From assembly GCF_009914755.1 (NCBI RefSeq), contig NC_060928.1: a DNA stretch of 64,000 nt; one strand, written 5' to 3'. This DNA comes from the human T2T-CHM13v2.0 reference genome, Homo sapiens. The position numbers and the translations under genes were made by a program. A model generated the notes under the pieces. It saw only the letters and a program-made list of their open reading frames with translations, ran no database searches and had not been told where the DNA came from. Shown in pieces: positions 29,249 to 42,519 of the stretch (its first letter is position 1; each line of letters begins with the position of its first letter).

Positions 29249-31491
29249 TTTGCTTCATTGATCTTTTGTACTGTTTTCTTCATTCCAATTTTATTTATTT
29301 ATGCTCTGATCTTTATTATTTCTTTTCTTCGACTAATTTTGGGTTTGGTTTGCTCTTGTTTTTCCAGTTATTTAAGACGCATCACTAGCTTGTTTATTTG
29401 AAGTTTTTCTTCTTTTCTGATGTGGGCAGTTATAGCTATAAACTTTCCTCTTAGTACTGCTTTTGCTGTATTCCATAGATTTTGGAATGTTGTACTTCCA
29501 TTATTATTTGTTTCAAGAAATGTTTAAATTTCTTTCTTAGTTTCTTTATTGGCCCACCAATTTTTCAGTAGAGCATTGTTTAATTTCCATGTGTTTGTAC
29601 AGTTTCTAAAATTCCTCTTATTATTGATTTTATTCCATTGTGGTCGGAGAAGATGCTTGATACTATTTTAAATTTTTTAAAGACTTGTTTTATAACCGAA
29701 CATATGGTCTATCCTTGAGAATGATCCATGTGCTGAGGAAAAGAATGTGTATTCTGCAGCCGTTGGATGAAATGTTCTGTAAATATCTATTAGGTCCATT
29801 TAGCCTATGGTGCAGATTAAGTCTGATGTTTCTTTGTTGATTTTCTGTCTGAAAGATCTGTCTGATGCTGAAAGTAGGGTGTTGAAGTCTCCAGCTATTG
29901 TTGTATTTCGATCTGTCTGTCTCGTTAGCTCTAGTAATATTTGCTTTATATATCCGGGTGCGTGCTCTAGTGTTGGGTATGTATTTATTTACAATTGTTT
30001 TAGCCTCCTGCTGAATTTACCCCTTTATCATTATATAGTGATCTTCTTTGTCTCTTCTTATGGTATCTGTCTTGAAATCTGTTTTGTCTGATATAAATAT
30101 AGCTAATCCTGCTCTTTTTCTGGCTTTCATTAGCTTGGAATATCTTTTTTTATCCCTTCATTTTCAGCCTATGTGTGTCTTTATAGATGAAACGTGTTTT
30201 TTGCAGGCCAAGTTACAATAATATCCTGTTGAATAAGTAAGATACTGATAGCTACATTATATATATTTCTATTTATTACTGGCTCTATTAGTAAATAATT
30301 GAAAAGCAAATATGAATATCAAGGCATCGTAAAGGCAGAAACTCAAAGAAGCAGCTCCCCCAAACCTTGCCCCCAGAGGTCTGAGGGAACAAAAGGAATA
30401 TGTTGGAATTAATAAAACTTGGAAATTTGAAGGTGGGAATTTGTGGGGCCAGGCCAGACATCTTAGGAGGGGGTTGCCACAGCTATTGCTGGAGTCTTGG
30501 AGGAGGCTGGAGGAGACTGGTTCTGCAAGTGTTGGAATAGCTACGCACTGGAATCAGCAGCTGCCACTGGAACTCACTGCGGTAGGAACTGGAAGCAGGT
30601 AGGAGCAAGTCTCCTCTCTCTGTTCTGGCAATGCAGTCTCTCTGTCTAGTGCCATCTATTGACAGACATGACATAGAGCAGCTGGCAAAGCAGAAAGGCG
30701 ATTTGAGATTTTTGTGCTGAAGCACCATAAAGCCGAATATGGAAGGGTGGATTTGAAACAGACACGTTTGATAATTGAAACAAGAAGCATTAAAATCTTG
30801 TGGAGCATATTTAGTGGGTAGGATGGTGAAGGGACAATGAAAGATGACAGAATCAGGTTGGTAAGTGTCAGAGAAGGACACAGGAAGTTTTAAACAGTGT
30901 CAAGGGTTATGACTGAAGAAAGATCTTTGTTTTATGGTTGAGATTTGGCTGAGAGTGTTTACAGAGTCACTGAAACAGATGCTAGGGTATAATCAAGTAG
31001 ATGCAGTACTTATTGACTACTCTTTCAAAACTTTGGAAACAGGAGGAAGGAGGGAGATGAAAGAATAACCTGAAAAAGCACGGTTAAAAAAAGTGATTTT
31101 TATTCGAATAGGGGAAAGAGAACTGATAAGGCATTTCCTTAATAAAGAAGAGATGCTCTTTTATAATTAAGGAAAACAATGGGTGAAGTTATGTGGAAAA
31201 CAAGAAAGTAGAAAGAGTGTTTGTAGGATAATTGTAACCAAATCATAAGGTAAATGATAAAGTGTTCTGCTGAGAATGAATGTGGCTGGTGTGGGATTGG
31301 AACCCAGGAGAGTGAAGCTGATTCACAACACTTCATGTGTAGAATTTAATAGGGACAGAAACATTTCACACCAGAGACTGTAAGAATCTAACAAAATGGT
31401 TTGAGAAAACATCTGAGCCAAAGTCAGGAATAAGAATTATAAACCCCTTGATGCATGTGTATGTTTGTCTCCAGTTTTGTCTTTGTAGCCC

Positions 31492-31730
31492 ATAGTTTTC
31501 CAATTGCAGTATTATTGACATTTTGGGCCAGATAATTCATTATTTGTGGTGTGAGCCCATTGTGTGCATTGTAGGATGTTTAGCTGCATCCCTGGCCTCT
31601 ACTCATTAAATCCAAGTAGGAACGCCCTCCCACTCCCCGACCCCCACACTAACCTGGCAATCAAAAATGTCCCCAAACATTGTCAGATGTGCTGTGGAGG
31701 AAAAACTACCCTTGGTTGAGAACGACTGCT
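31492..31730 (+). mobile_element. MER20 (hAT-Charlie)
   Basis: TGACATTTTGGGCCAGATAATTC...GTGCATTGTAGGATGTTTAGCTGCATCCCTGGCCTCTAC...AAAAATGTCCCCAAACATTG...GGTTGAGAACGACTG. Confidence 0.85.
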
Positions 31731-31929
31731 CCAACACCACGAAAATGGTCAAGGCTTTGCCGATTTCTTTGCTCCCAGCACAGTTCTATCTCTAAGCAAA
31801 GCTCATATTCTCAGTCTCTTGCCCTTCTTTGGAATCTTGGCACCACCTGGCCCTAGTTGGTTGAGCACTTCTTAGGTTTACTAGTACTCCTTTGTGGGAG
31901 TTTTTATTTCTGCTGAAACATATCCCCTT

Positions 31930-32269
31930 TGATATGGTTTGGTTCTGTGTCCCCACCCAAATCTCATGTTGAATTGCAAAGTGAGAGGTGATTGAATCAT
32001 GGGGGTGGACCTCCCCCTTGCTGTTCTCATGATAGAGTTTCCACAAGATCTGGTTGTTTGAAACTGTGCAGCACTTCCCCCTTCACTCTTTCTCTCTCCC
32101 TTGCCACCATGTGAAGATGTGCTTGCTCCCCCTTCTCCTTCAGCCACGACTGTAGGTTTCATGAGGCCTCACCAGCCATGTGGAACTGTAAGCCTATTAA
32201 ACCTTTTTTCTTCATAAATCACCCAGTCTCAGGTAGTTCTTTATAGCTGTGTGAGAATGGACTAATACA
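31930..32269 (+). mobile_element. THE1/MST MaLR solo LTR
   Basis: TGATATGGTTTGGTTCTGTGTCCCCACCCAAATCTC...ATTAAACC...GGACTAATACA. Confidence 0.9.
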
Positions 32270-32349
32270 CCCTAATATCCAGAAACAGAATTTCAAAGAA
32301 CTTTTTAAAGTTATTCATTTCTTTAGTTCTCCTTTTTTTTAAAGTCTAA

Positions 32350-32540
32350 CTGAGGGGTTAACAAACTGAAACTTAGGGGCCAAATATAGCTGTTACCTCT
32401 TTTTGAAATAACGTTTTATTGCAATACATTCACACCCATTCATTCACATATTGCTTATGGCAACTTTTGCACTAAGACCACAGAATAGTTTCCACAGAGA
32501 CCATATGACCCCTGGGCCATAGTTTGCGAATGTTTGCTCT
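32350..32540. mobile_element. MER58A-like fragment
   Basis: AAATAACGTTTTATTGCAATACATTCACACCCATTCATTCACATATTG...ACAGAGACCATATGACCC. Confidence 0.55.
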
Positions 32541-34360
32541 AGACCTTAAACACTTTAAAAGAACCAAGAGTTTGCATCTACAGTATCTAATATATTGACT
32601 TCATATTTAACTTTTCTCAGATTTACCTAAAAATATATATTGAACTTAATTGTTTTCTTTCAAATAACTAGATGCAATGAAAGATCTTACTGTATCTGCC
32701 TGTATTATTGTGTATTGGGTGAGCCAAATGCTGTGGTTAAAGAATAATGCCAAAGGGTTTAGTTTTACCATTATAGAGATAATTCCTTGTGGTTCCTATT
32801 AGTTTCTTTCTTTCTTTTTTTTTTTTTTCAGTCTTAGACTGCCTCTGTAACCTTTACTACCCTGTTGCAAAAGTGTAATTATTTGTTACAAAGAGAATAG
32901 GACATAGTGAATGAATGCTTCGGTACAAATCAGTCATGCCTACCGATTTAAAAAATCAGTGTATTTATTAAAAGTGGTTACTTACTCATCTTTCCTCATG
33001 TATTTTTTTTACATTAAACACATTACATGTTGTTTGACCTTCTTCTGAAAAAATTATATGCCAGGAGTTCCTTGGTCAAAACAATTTTCTCAAAAAAACC
33101 TAGTTTGTTTTTCAAATGAACACTATTCTTAGTAGAAAGCATGCCTCTGCTTTAGATCTAAAGCAAAGTATCTTGCATCATTCCAACATCTGGATTTCAT
33201 TTATTATTAAGGCAGGATAAGATGAATTCGGAAAAAATGAAGTAAAATCAGTTTCAATGATCATTATCTGATTGTGTTTTTGGACTGAACATTTCCCTCC
33301 AGTCAGTCTCTGTCATGTTTAACTTTGAATAAAAACATGTACTTCATAGGAAAAAAAGTTGCAGTGACCTAATCTACTCCTCCCCTCCTTTCATTAAAAA
33401 AAAAAAAAAAAACTACGTATTTAATGAAAAATATTGGAGTAAGAGACAAAATCTTATTTAAATTTTTTTGTGCAATGGTTCTGTTGAATTTTACATATTA
33501 AAAAAAAATTAGATGCTCTTGTAAAACATTTTATTTCTCCAAAACTGTAACACACCTGGTCTAGATTTTATTGTTTTTCAAACTGATTTTCTAAATTTGG
33601 GTGATTATTGGATTTTTTAAAATGCATTCATGAATGATATATATAAGAAACAACGTATCTCACATATTTCACCTGTGAATTAAATTTTCTTATAATAATA
33701 ACATTACATTTTAAAATTGTCAATTTGTGCAAATTTTCATGTAGGTTAATGGATGCCTTTCAAAAAATTTTTACTTTTTTTGAAATTTTACAGATATTTG
33801 GCAGAACAGATTACTTTTTCAAACATCACATCAATGTTTTGATAAAGAAATCTGCCTTTTATTTAAAAAGAGAAAGGATTTTTGAAAGACATTTTAAATC
33901 ATTTAAGAGAAGGAATTTTTCATATATGATGGCCTTATTCCCAATAATCTTAATTATTACTAGTATCAACATGAAAAAGGAATAAAAAGATAGTAATAGG
34001 AAGAGTGTAACTAGAAATAATGAAATGAGATCTGGAAGTTGTACTTCGAATGACAGGCAAATTTTTCCTTTTAGATGCTGGCGTAATTACCCAAGTTAGA
34101 AAGAAGGAAAATGGAAGGAAATACTTTATTTAAGGCCAGATTTGTCAAAGTGCTAGAAAACAAACTACAGGAAAATACCCTGAATATGTTGCTAGGAAAA
34201 TGGCCTAAGTGACCTCCTTTTACCTTTTCCTGTGTGCCACTGATGTGGACAGAGGGGCTTAAGAGTCTGGCTTGCTTTCCCACTGATTCCAGCATGACCG
34301 CAGGAGATGTGCTTGCCTGGCTGCCTGTTGTCGTCTATTCCCAGAAAGTTTAGCAAATGA

Positions 34361-34699
<339 letters not shown>

Positions 34700-35760
34700 T
34701 AAGAAAATTATTGTTAGAAGTGTAAGAATTATTGTTTTTTTGTCACTCTACTTGTTAGTCAATAAACGTTGAAATCTGGAAATATAAAATTTAAACCAGA
34801 TTTAATATGTTCATTTAAGCCTACATTTAGTGTTTCCATTTAATTGAATTTGATTCTATGCAATTTCATTTCATGCATATTCACTGAAGGGCCATGACTG
34901 CATTCAGTTAACTCAAAGCCTGGGGCCTATAGAATTGGTTGACTGGCCATGTTGGAAGTTCAAGAGATTCCTCTACTTGAAGGGCAGGAAAAAAAACTCC
35001 CAAGTTCCTATCTGGTTTAGCAATTTCATTAAGCCTGGATATACAATACAGTGGAAAAAACTTACAACTGGGAGATAGGACAGCTGATTTGTCAGCAAAT
35101 ATTTTTGAGCTCCTGGTGGGTTTCAGGCACCATTCTAAATGCTGGGGATTAAGAGAGCTGAAATGAAATCTCAGCCACGGTTACCTTGCTCATTTCATAA
35201 TTCTATTCAAAGGTATGATGATGTTTCTACAAATTGATGGTTCTGTGAGAAACCTATGAGTGAATGAGAAACCATTCTGAGTCAAAAAGTGACATCACTA
35301 CAAATAACCACAACAATAACAACAGAAATAAATGGAATACCTCCAGTATTTCAGCACGGTGTGAGCATTGACTTTCCTGATCTATTGGCAGACTCAGGCC
35401 TAATTCCAAAGCCTGCTACAGAGTTGGGAGGAGTAATGAAATCTGGTCAGCTGAACACTTACTCTTCAAACTCAGTGGTTGCTGTTTTACTCTGCCTGCT
35501 CAGTGCCTGTTGGCTGCCTTGTAATAATTAGCAATTTTCTAGGAAATTCCTCACTTTTGCAGGAAGCCTGCTGCACTAGCCCACAAGGAAAAGTCATTTC
35601 CTTCCAGAAACTCTCAGCTGTTAGCTTGGGATCCTTCCCGCTTCAGAGGCAGCTTTGTTTCTATCCAGAGAGGACCATTTGAGACAGCAAAGGGAGGGTT
35701 TAAGGAAAGATTTATTAAGCAGTTGTTATATGTCAGGCAGTTGTTTAAAAAGCAGATGTT

Positions 35761-36252
35761 CCACATTTTCTTTATCCAGTCTATCGCTGATGGGCATTTG
35801 GGTTGTTCCAAGTCTTTGCTATTGTGAGTAGTGCTGCAATGAACATACACATGCATGTGTCTTTATAGTAGAATGATTTATATTCCTTTGTGTATATACC
35901 CAGTAATGGGATTGCTGGGTCAAATGGCATTTCTGGCTCTAGATCTCTGAGGAATTGCCACACTTTCTTCCACAATGGTTGAACTAATTTACATTTCCAC
36001 CAACAGTGTGAAAGCATTCTTATTTCTCCACAGCCTTACCAGCATCTGTTGTTTCTCGACTTTTTAATAATCACCATTCTGGCTGTAGGGGGTATGGGGG
36101 AGGGAGAGCATCAGGATAAATAGCTAATGCATGCAGGTCTTAATACCTAGGTGGTGGGTTGATAGGTGCAGCAAACCACCATGGCACATATTTACTCATG
36201 TAACAAAACTGCACATCCTGCATATGTATCCCAAAACTTAAAATAAAATTTT
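35761..36252 (+). mobile_element. 5'-inverted (twin-primed) L1PA insertion
   Basis: Antisense L1 35761-~36083 fused to sense 3' end ~36084-36250; TSD TTTAAAAAGCAGATGTT at 35744-35760 and 36253-36269. Confidence 0.88.
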
Positions 36253-36624
36253 TTTAAAAAGCAGATGTTTAAAAAATCTTATTTATCACTCACAGCAAGC
36301 TCAAAAGAGGAGAATATCAAGGTTCAGAAAGACAAGTGACACCCAAGACTGCAGAAATCAGCAGCAGAGCTAGGGTTTGAATTCATGCCAAGCCTTGGCT
36401 CTCATACCTACCTGTCCTATCTCTGTAAAGAATGTATACCCAGCACCTTGTTTGGTCAAAATATTTTTATGATTTAAATTTATAACAACCACTAACAGTG
36501 CATCAACACCAAACAGGTCAAATGTCACCTCCACATGACAGATAGCTTTCCTTGGAGTAGCCAACCTTCCTCTACCACATCCCTCCCCACACCTTCGTAT
36601 CTTTATTTTTCTTTTCTTTATTTC

Positions 36625-36700
36625 TTTTTTTTTTTGGATGAAGTTTTGCTCTGTTGCCCAAAGTGCTGGAATTACAGGAGTGACTCCATAGTGCCCAGCC
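36625..36700 (-). mobile_element. Mini-Alu (both ends, interior deleted)
   Basis: T-tail, GCTCTGTTGCCCA directly joined to AAGTGCTGGAATTACAGG...CCCAGCC. Confidence 0.75.
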
Positions 36701-36846
36701 TCTTTTCTTTTTTTTTTAAAGAATTGTTTCCAGATCCTGCACATATCACATCTTTATTTTTCTTCATAGCATTTGCCACCATGTGACAAAACATAGGGTT
36801 ATTTGTATTTCTCGTCTGTTCTACCTACCGGAATATGTGCTTGTAG

Positions 36847-37312
<466 letters not shown>

Positions 37313-37588
37313 TTAGTCTGGAAAACATCTTTCAGTGAAACAAATGTAGCAATTTGTATCATGCTTTTGCCTTAGTCAGTTAAAAGTGATTCCCAATTTA
37401 AGAAATTTGGCTCTGATATAAAGCTTCACTCAGGAATGCATTAGCATTATTTATTTTACTTATTAGGCATTTTTTTTCTTTGCGTAAATGAATGGGATAC
37501 AAGTGTAATTTTATTATATGCAGATATTATGCAGTGGTGAAGTCAGGGTTTTTAAGGTATCCATCATCTGAATAACGTACATTGTACC

Positions 37589-38136
37589 TGTTATAGAAAC
37601 GGGAGCATAGGAGAGCCAGGGTGACACTATTTTAAAATCAACTTCAACTTAAAGCAAGCAAGGCACATTCCTTGCCAGTCACAACCCGTGGTCATAAGAT
37701 GTTTGTGGCTAAGAAGCAGCTTAAAAATACCTGCAAGAACAAACTCCTATGACAACAAAAAAAGTATCCAGATGCCGTGATATTGCATAACAATGCATGT
37801 TTTAAAAATGATTATAGTCATGCTTTGATGTACTTATGTATTAAAATGGCAAGAATAGTTTTTTTTAAGTTAGCAAAATAATAAATTTTGGCATGCTGTC
37901 AGCCCACCCACATGTAAAGGTAGCTTAACTTTTACGCAGATAAGACTTCTACATAAGAAAAACTTAAAGATCAGGCATTACTCCTCTTGCTTTCTGAGGA
38001 CACCCTACTATGTATCTGAGTAGCTTTCAGTGAACTATCTTTCCTCATTGCACTCTGAGACACCTTGAATTCCTTCCTTCATGAGATCCAAGAACTCTCT
38101 CTTGGGATCTGGATCATACCCCTTTTTCTGGTGACA
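37589..38136 (+). mobile_element. ERV1 solo LTR (MER4/MER41-group-like)
   Basis: TG...CA termini; 3' end GAGATCCAAGAACTCTCTCTTGGGATCTGGATC..CCCTTTTTCTGGTGACA; 4-bp flanks TACC/TGCC. Confidence 0.75.
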
Positions 38137-39259
38137 TGCCCATTAAGTAATTTCTCATCATCCACACCCTCTCACCCCCTCCCCCTTTTGAGTCTCCATT
38201 ATCTATCATTCCACACTTTATGTCCATGTGTACACATTATTTAGCTCCCACCTATAAGTGAGAACATGCAGTATTTGTCTTTCTGTCTGAGTTGTTTCAC
38301 TTGAGATAATGGCCTCCAGTTCCATCGATGTTGCTGTAAAAGACATAATTTCACTTGTTTTTTTATGGCTCAATAGTATTCCATTGTGTGTGTGTACACA
38401 CACACACATACACACATATTTTCTTTCTCCAGTCATTCCAATCATCCATAAAAGGACATTTAGGTTGATTCTATACGCTTGCTATTGTGAATAGTGCTGC
38501 AACAAACACACAGGTGCAGGTATCTTTTTGATATAATAATTTCGTTTCCTTTGGGCAGATAGTAGTGAGACTGCTGGATCAAACAGTAGTTCTAATTTTA
38601 GTTCTTTGAGAAATCTCCGTATTGTTTTCCACAGAGGTTGTACTAATTTACATTTTCACCAACAGTGTATAAGTGTTTCCTGTTCTCCACATTTTTCCAA
38701 TATCTGTTATTTTTTTGTTTTTGTTTTTTTAATAGTAGCCATTCTGATTCATGTAAGATAATATCTTATTGTGGCTTTAATTTGCATTTCTCTGATTATC
38801 AGTGATGTGTAGCATTTTTCATATGCCTAGTGGCTATTTGTATGTCTTCTTTTGAAAAATGTCTATTCATACCCTTTGCCCATTTTTAAATGGGATTATT
38901 ATTATTTGCTATTGTTTTTGAGTTGTGTTCCTTATAGATTCTAAATACTAGTCCTTTGTTGGATATATAGTTTGGCGATATTTTCTCCCATCCCACAGGT
39001 TGTGTGTTCGCTTTATTTATTTTACTGTGCAGAAGCTTTTTAGTTGAATTAAGTCCCATTTGTCTATTTTTGTTTTTGTTGCCTGTGCTTTTGAGGTCTC
39101 AGTCATGAATTCTTTGCCTAGCTTAATATTCAGAAGAGTTTTTTTCTAGGTTTTCTTCTGCATTTTTATAGTTTCAGGTCTTTAATTCACCTTGAGTTGA
39201 TTTTCGTATATGGTAAGAGAGAGGAGCCCAGACTCATTCTTCTGCATATGGCAATCCAA

Positions 39260-39331
39260 TTTTCCCACTGGCATTTATTAAAAAGAGTGTCCTTTTCCCA
39301 CCGGCATTTATTAAAAAGAGTGTCCTTTTCC
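39260..39331. repeat. 33-bp tandem duplication within L1PB
   Basis: TTTTCCCAC(T/C)GGCATTTATTAAAAAGAGTGTCC twice. Confidence 0.9.
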
Positions 39332-39992
39332 CCAGTGTATGTTCTTGTTTATTTAGTCAAAGATCAGTCAGCTATAAATATGTAGTTTTATTTCTGGGTT
39401 CTCCATTCTGTTCTATTGATCTATGTGTCTGCTTTTATACCAGTACCATGCTGTTTTGGCTACTATAGCCTTGTAGTATAATTTGAAGTCAGGTAATGTT
39501 ATGTTATTAGACATTTTAAATACTACTGTTGCAACTGTTGAAATATTCATTTGACATTATAAATGTAAATGTTATTTATGTTTAACATTATTAGCTTCCA
39601 GAAGCCTAAGGGCAAAGCAGACATTTTAATTCACTTTGTAAAGCTATAAAGTAACAGATGGGATAGGAAGAATGATGTGGAAAATTAAAAGGTCAGAAGA
39701 GGGCCAAATAAATAATAATAATCTAAAGACTGTTGATTTTATCTATGGAAAAAATTACACAAATTAATCCCTGTTAAAAGGCAAAATTCTCTCCTAATTT
39801 GTGTGACATATATTTAAAAAATCAAAATAAACTGGAACTAAAACCAGTGGACACCATGTGATACAACTGTGCATCTGATATATCTGAAACTAGCCCTGTG
39901 ACTGAACCATGGCTCTTTTTATAGCTGGATAAGTTTTGCCTTTTTTCCCTGCTGTGGACCTCCTTGCTGTAAGTAAACTGGGAAAGAGTAGA

Positions 39993-41546
39993 TAGAGGCT
40001 TTGTGGGGTCTAAACTGTTACAATTCAATGGTGGTGTGGAGGGCTTTTAAGAAAAATAATACAAATTATAATTATAAAATTAAACATGAAACTGGATATT
40101 TATTTAAAATGAGAAAAAAAACAAAAATTTCAAGTTTTTTAAAAGATGAAAAATACCACAAACACACAATGCTGCAAAAATACACAAAATTCAGATACAT
40201 GACTGTAGTTTTTTCCAACTTTTTGTTTAACTTTGGGGGTACATGTGCAGAATGTGCAGGTTTGTTGCATATGTAAACGTGTGCCATGGTAGTTTGCTGC
40301 ACAGATCATCCCACCACCCAGGTATTAAGCCCAGCATCCATTAGCTCTTCTTCCTAATGCTCTCCCCATCTGACAGGCCCCATTGTGTGTTGTTCCCCCA
40401 CCACGTGTCCATATGTTCTCATCATTCAGCTCCCACTGACAAGTGAGAACGTGCGGTATTTGGTTTTCTGTTCCTGTGTTAGTTTGCTGAGGATAATGGC
40501 TTCCAGCTCCATCCATGTCCTTGCAAAGGACATGATATCATTCCTTTTTATGGCTGCATGGTATTCCATGGTGTATATGTACCACATATTCTTTATCCAG
40601 TCTATCATTGATGGGCATTTAGATTGGAATAACAGTATTTTTATTAACCATTTGACATACTTTTTTCTCTATTTTTTTGGTTGAGTACTCTCTCTGATAT
40701 TTTATATGACAATAATTTTGTAATATCATATTTTACATTAACCTCTAGCATGGTTTATCAAAATTAGTTTTTTAATATTGATCATTGGATTGTACACAAC
40801 ATGCAACTTCCTATACAGATGTCATCACTGTAACATGGCTGCAGGTTTGTGCCCCAAAACAGGAATTCTGATAAATTATATTTCTCCTAATAGCCATAAA
40901 AATGTATCATGTGATTATGATTGTGTGTGCTTCCATTATCTAGCATGTTCCTGAAAAGGGAGTCCTTTGTATTTGACTACACCTTAATAAGAGATGAATC
41001 CTTCACTGACATTTTTTATTTTTGATGATTAGAAGCGTTTTCCAAAGACTACCTTCTGGCTCTGTACATTTCAACTTTATTTCTCCTCCACTACCCAAAT
41101 ACTTACAGTGTCTGCATCTTACAATGTGTTGGTGTTGTGGTAAACCTCTGCCCGTTAATGTTTCCACACTGGGTGAATTGGCACATGATAGAAGTATGAC
41201 TGGAAGCTGTTCATTTCTTCAATGGGCAGTGGCAATAACTTTACATGAATGCAATTAAACCACATACATATATTCCACTAAACCCAAACTGAACAAATCC
41301 TCAACTCATCTTCCGTTTAGCTTGGATTCCAAAATTGCTCACGGCTACTCCAGTACCATGAGAAGGGGAAGTTAGAGTTGACAAAAATCTTAACCAAATT
41401 TGGTTTAAGTATTTTACTTTGGCAGATTTTACAAAGGCATATGAACATGTGAGCACATGCTGGGGTCCTTCAGATTCTTGAAGGGATTCTGAAAGTGAGG
41501 GTCCAAGAGGCTCAGCTTCGTCAACGTTGTATTAAATTGTTCTCTG
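39993..41546 (-). mobile_element. Zaphod-like hAT-Tip100 DNA transposon split by L1PA
   Basis: CTTTTAAGAAAAATAATACAAATT..GGATATTTATTTAAAATGAGAAAA at one end; AAGTGAGGGTCC..AGCTTCGTCAACG..TAAATTGTTCTCTG at the other. Confidence 0.55.
40210..40628 (-). mobile_element. L1PA8-like 3' end
   Basis: GGGGTACATGTGCAG...GCTGCACAGATCATCCC..CCCAGGTATTAAGCCCAGCATCCATTAGCT. Confidence 0.88.
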
Positions 41547-41942
41547 GTAATAGGGAGGAATCCACCACACTTCAATTGCACTAGTCTTCATCTGTTCTTC
41601 ATGTTGACAAAGCATGTTTTTGCCCTGCCTCCCACTCTTCCTGCTTTTCAAGTAACTGTCTCCTTGTCAGTTTGTGTCTCAGCTATTTGTGTCTCAGCTC
41701 AGGGAGGGGTTTTTGATCACCTTATGTGTTGCATCACTCCCATCGCGCTCTGCCATATCACCCTGCTTTATTTCTTTGTTAACCCTCATTTCCCTCTGAA
41801 ACTCTTTTGTTTACTTATGTATTGTCTGGCTTCTCCAGTAAAATGTAGTCTCCAAGATGCCAAGGAGGCATCTTTCCTTTGTGGCTCATAGGTAGGTCAC
41901 CTGAACTTAGAACAACACACAGCATTTATTTGTTCAGATACT

Positions 41943-42017
41943 TTTCCTTCCCTCCCTCCCTCCTCCTTCTTTTCTCTTTTCTTTCTTCCTTCCTTTCTTC
42001 CTTCCTTCCTTCCTTTC

Positions 42018-42072
<55 letters not shown>

Positions 42073-42143
42073 GCCTTTCTCTGTCTCTCTCTCTCTTTCC
42101 CTTTCCTTCCCTTTTCTTTTTTTTTCTTTCTTCCTTCTTTTTG
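41943..42143. repeat. Complex polypyrimidine microsatellite (CTTC/CTTT/CT) forming the tail of the adjacent Alu
   Basis: ~200 bp of almost pure C/T including (CTTT)n. Confidence 0.95.
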
Positions 42144-42436
42144 TTTGAGACAGGGTCTTGTTCTGTTGCACTGGAGTGCAGTGGCATAATCATGATTCAC
42201 TGCAACGTTGACCTCCCAGCCTGAAGCAATCCTTCAACCTCAGCCTCCTGAGTAGCTGGGACTATAGGTACATGCCACTATGCTCACTCTGCCCATCTAA
42301 TTAAATTTTTTTTTTTTCTTGTAGAGACAAGGTCTCCCTATGTTGCCTAGGCTGGTCTTAAAATCCTGGGTCCAAGCGACCCTCCTGCCTCAGCCTCCAA
42401 AAATGCTGGGATTGCAGGGAGCCACTGCACCTGGCC
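42144..42436 (-). mobile_element. AluJ inserted in an L2 3' end
   Basis: Reverse Alu; TSD TTCAGAT(A/G)CTTTTC at 41933 and 42437; AATGAATGAATGA L2 tail follows. Confidence 0.9.
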
Positions 42437-42519
42437 TTCAGATGCTTTTCAAATGAATGAATGAACTATAAACTTAAAAGCACATAAATGTGTTTTCAGT
42501 TTGCTCAAGAATCTTATTT

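Larger units (their letters stand above)
37470..39503 (-). mobile_element. L1PB 3' fragment interrupted by an ERV1 LTR
   Basis: GGGATACAAGTG...AGTGGTGAAGTCAGGG 3' end; ORF2 3' region through TTTGAAGTCAGGTAATG. Confidence 0.88.

Noticed and set aside
30330-30790. Possible old MLT1-type LTR
   Set aside because: Too degenerate to assign family or boundaries by eye
41392-41405. Palindrome AACCAAATTTGGTT containing a CArG
   Set aside because: Inside a DNA-transposon fossil far from any promoter; chance-level
41879-42200. K/E/R-rich and F/L/S-rich ORFs
   Set aside because: Translations of the (CTTT)n microsatellite
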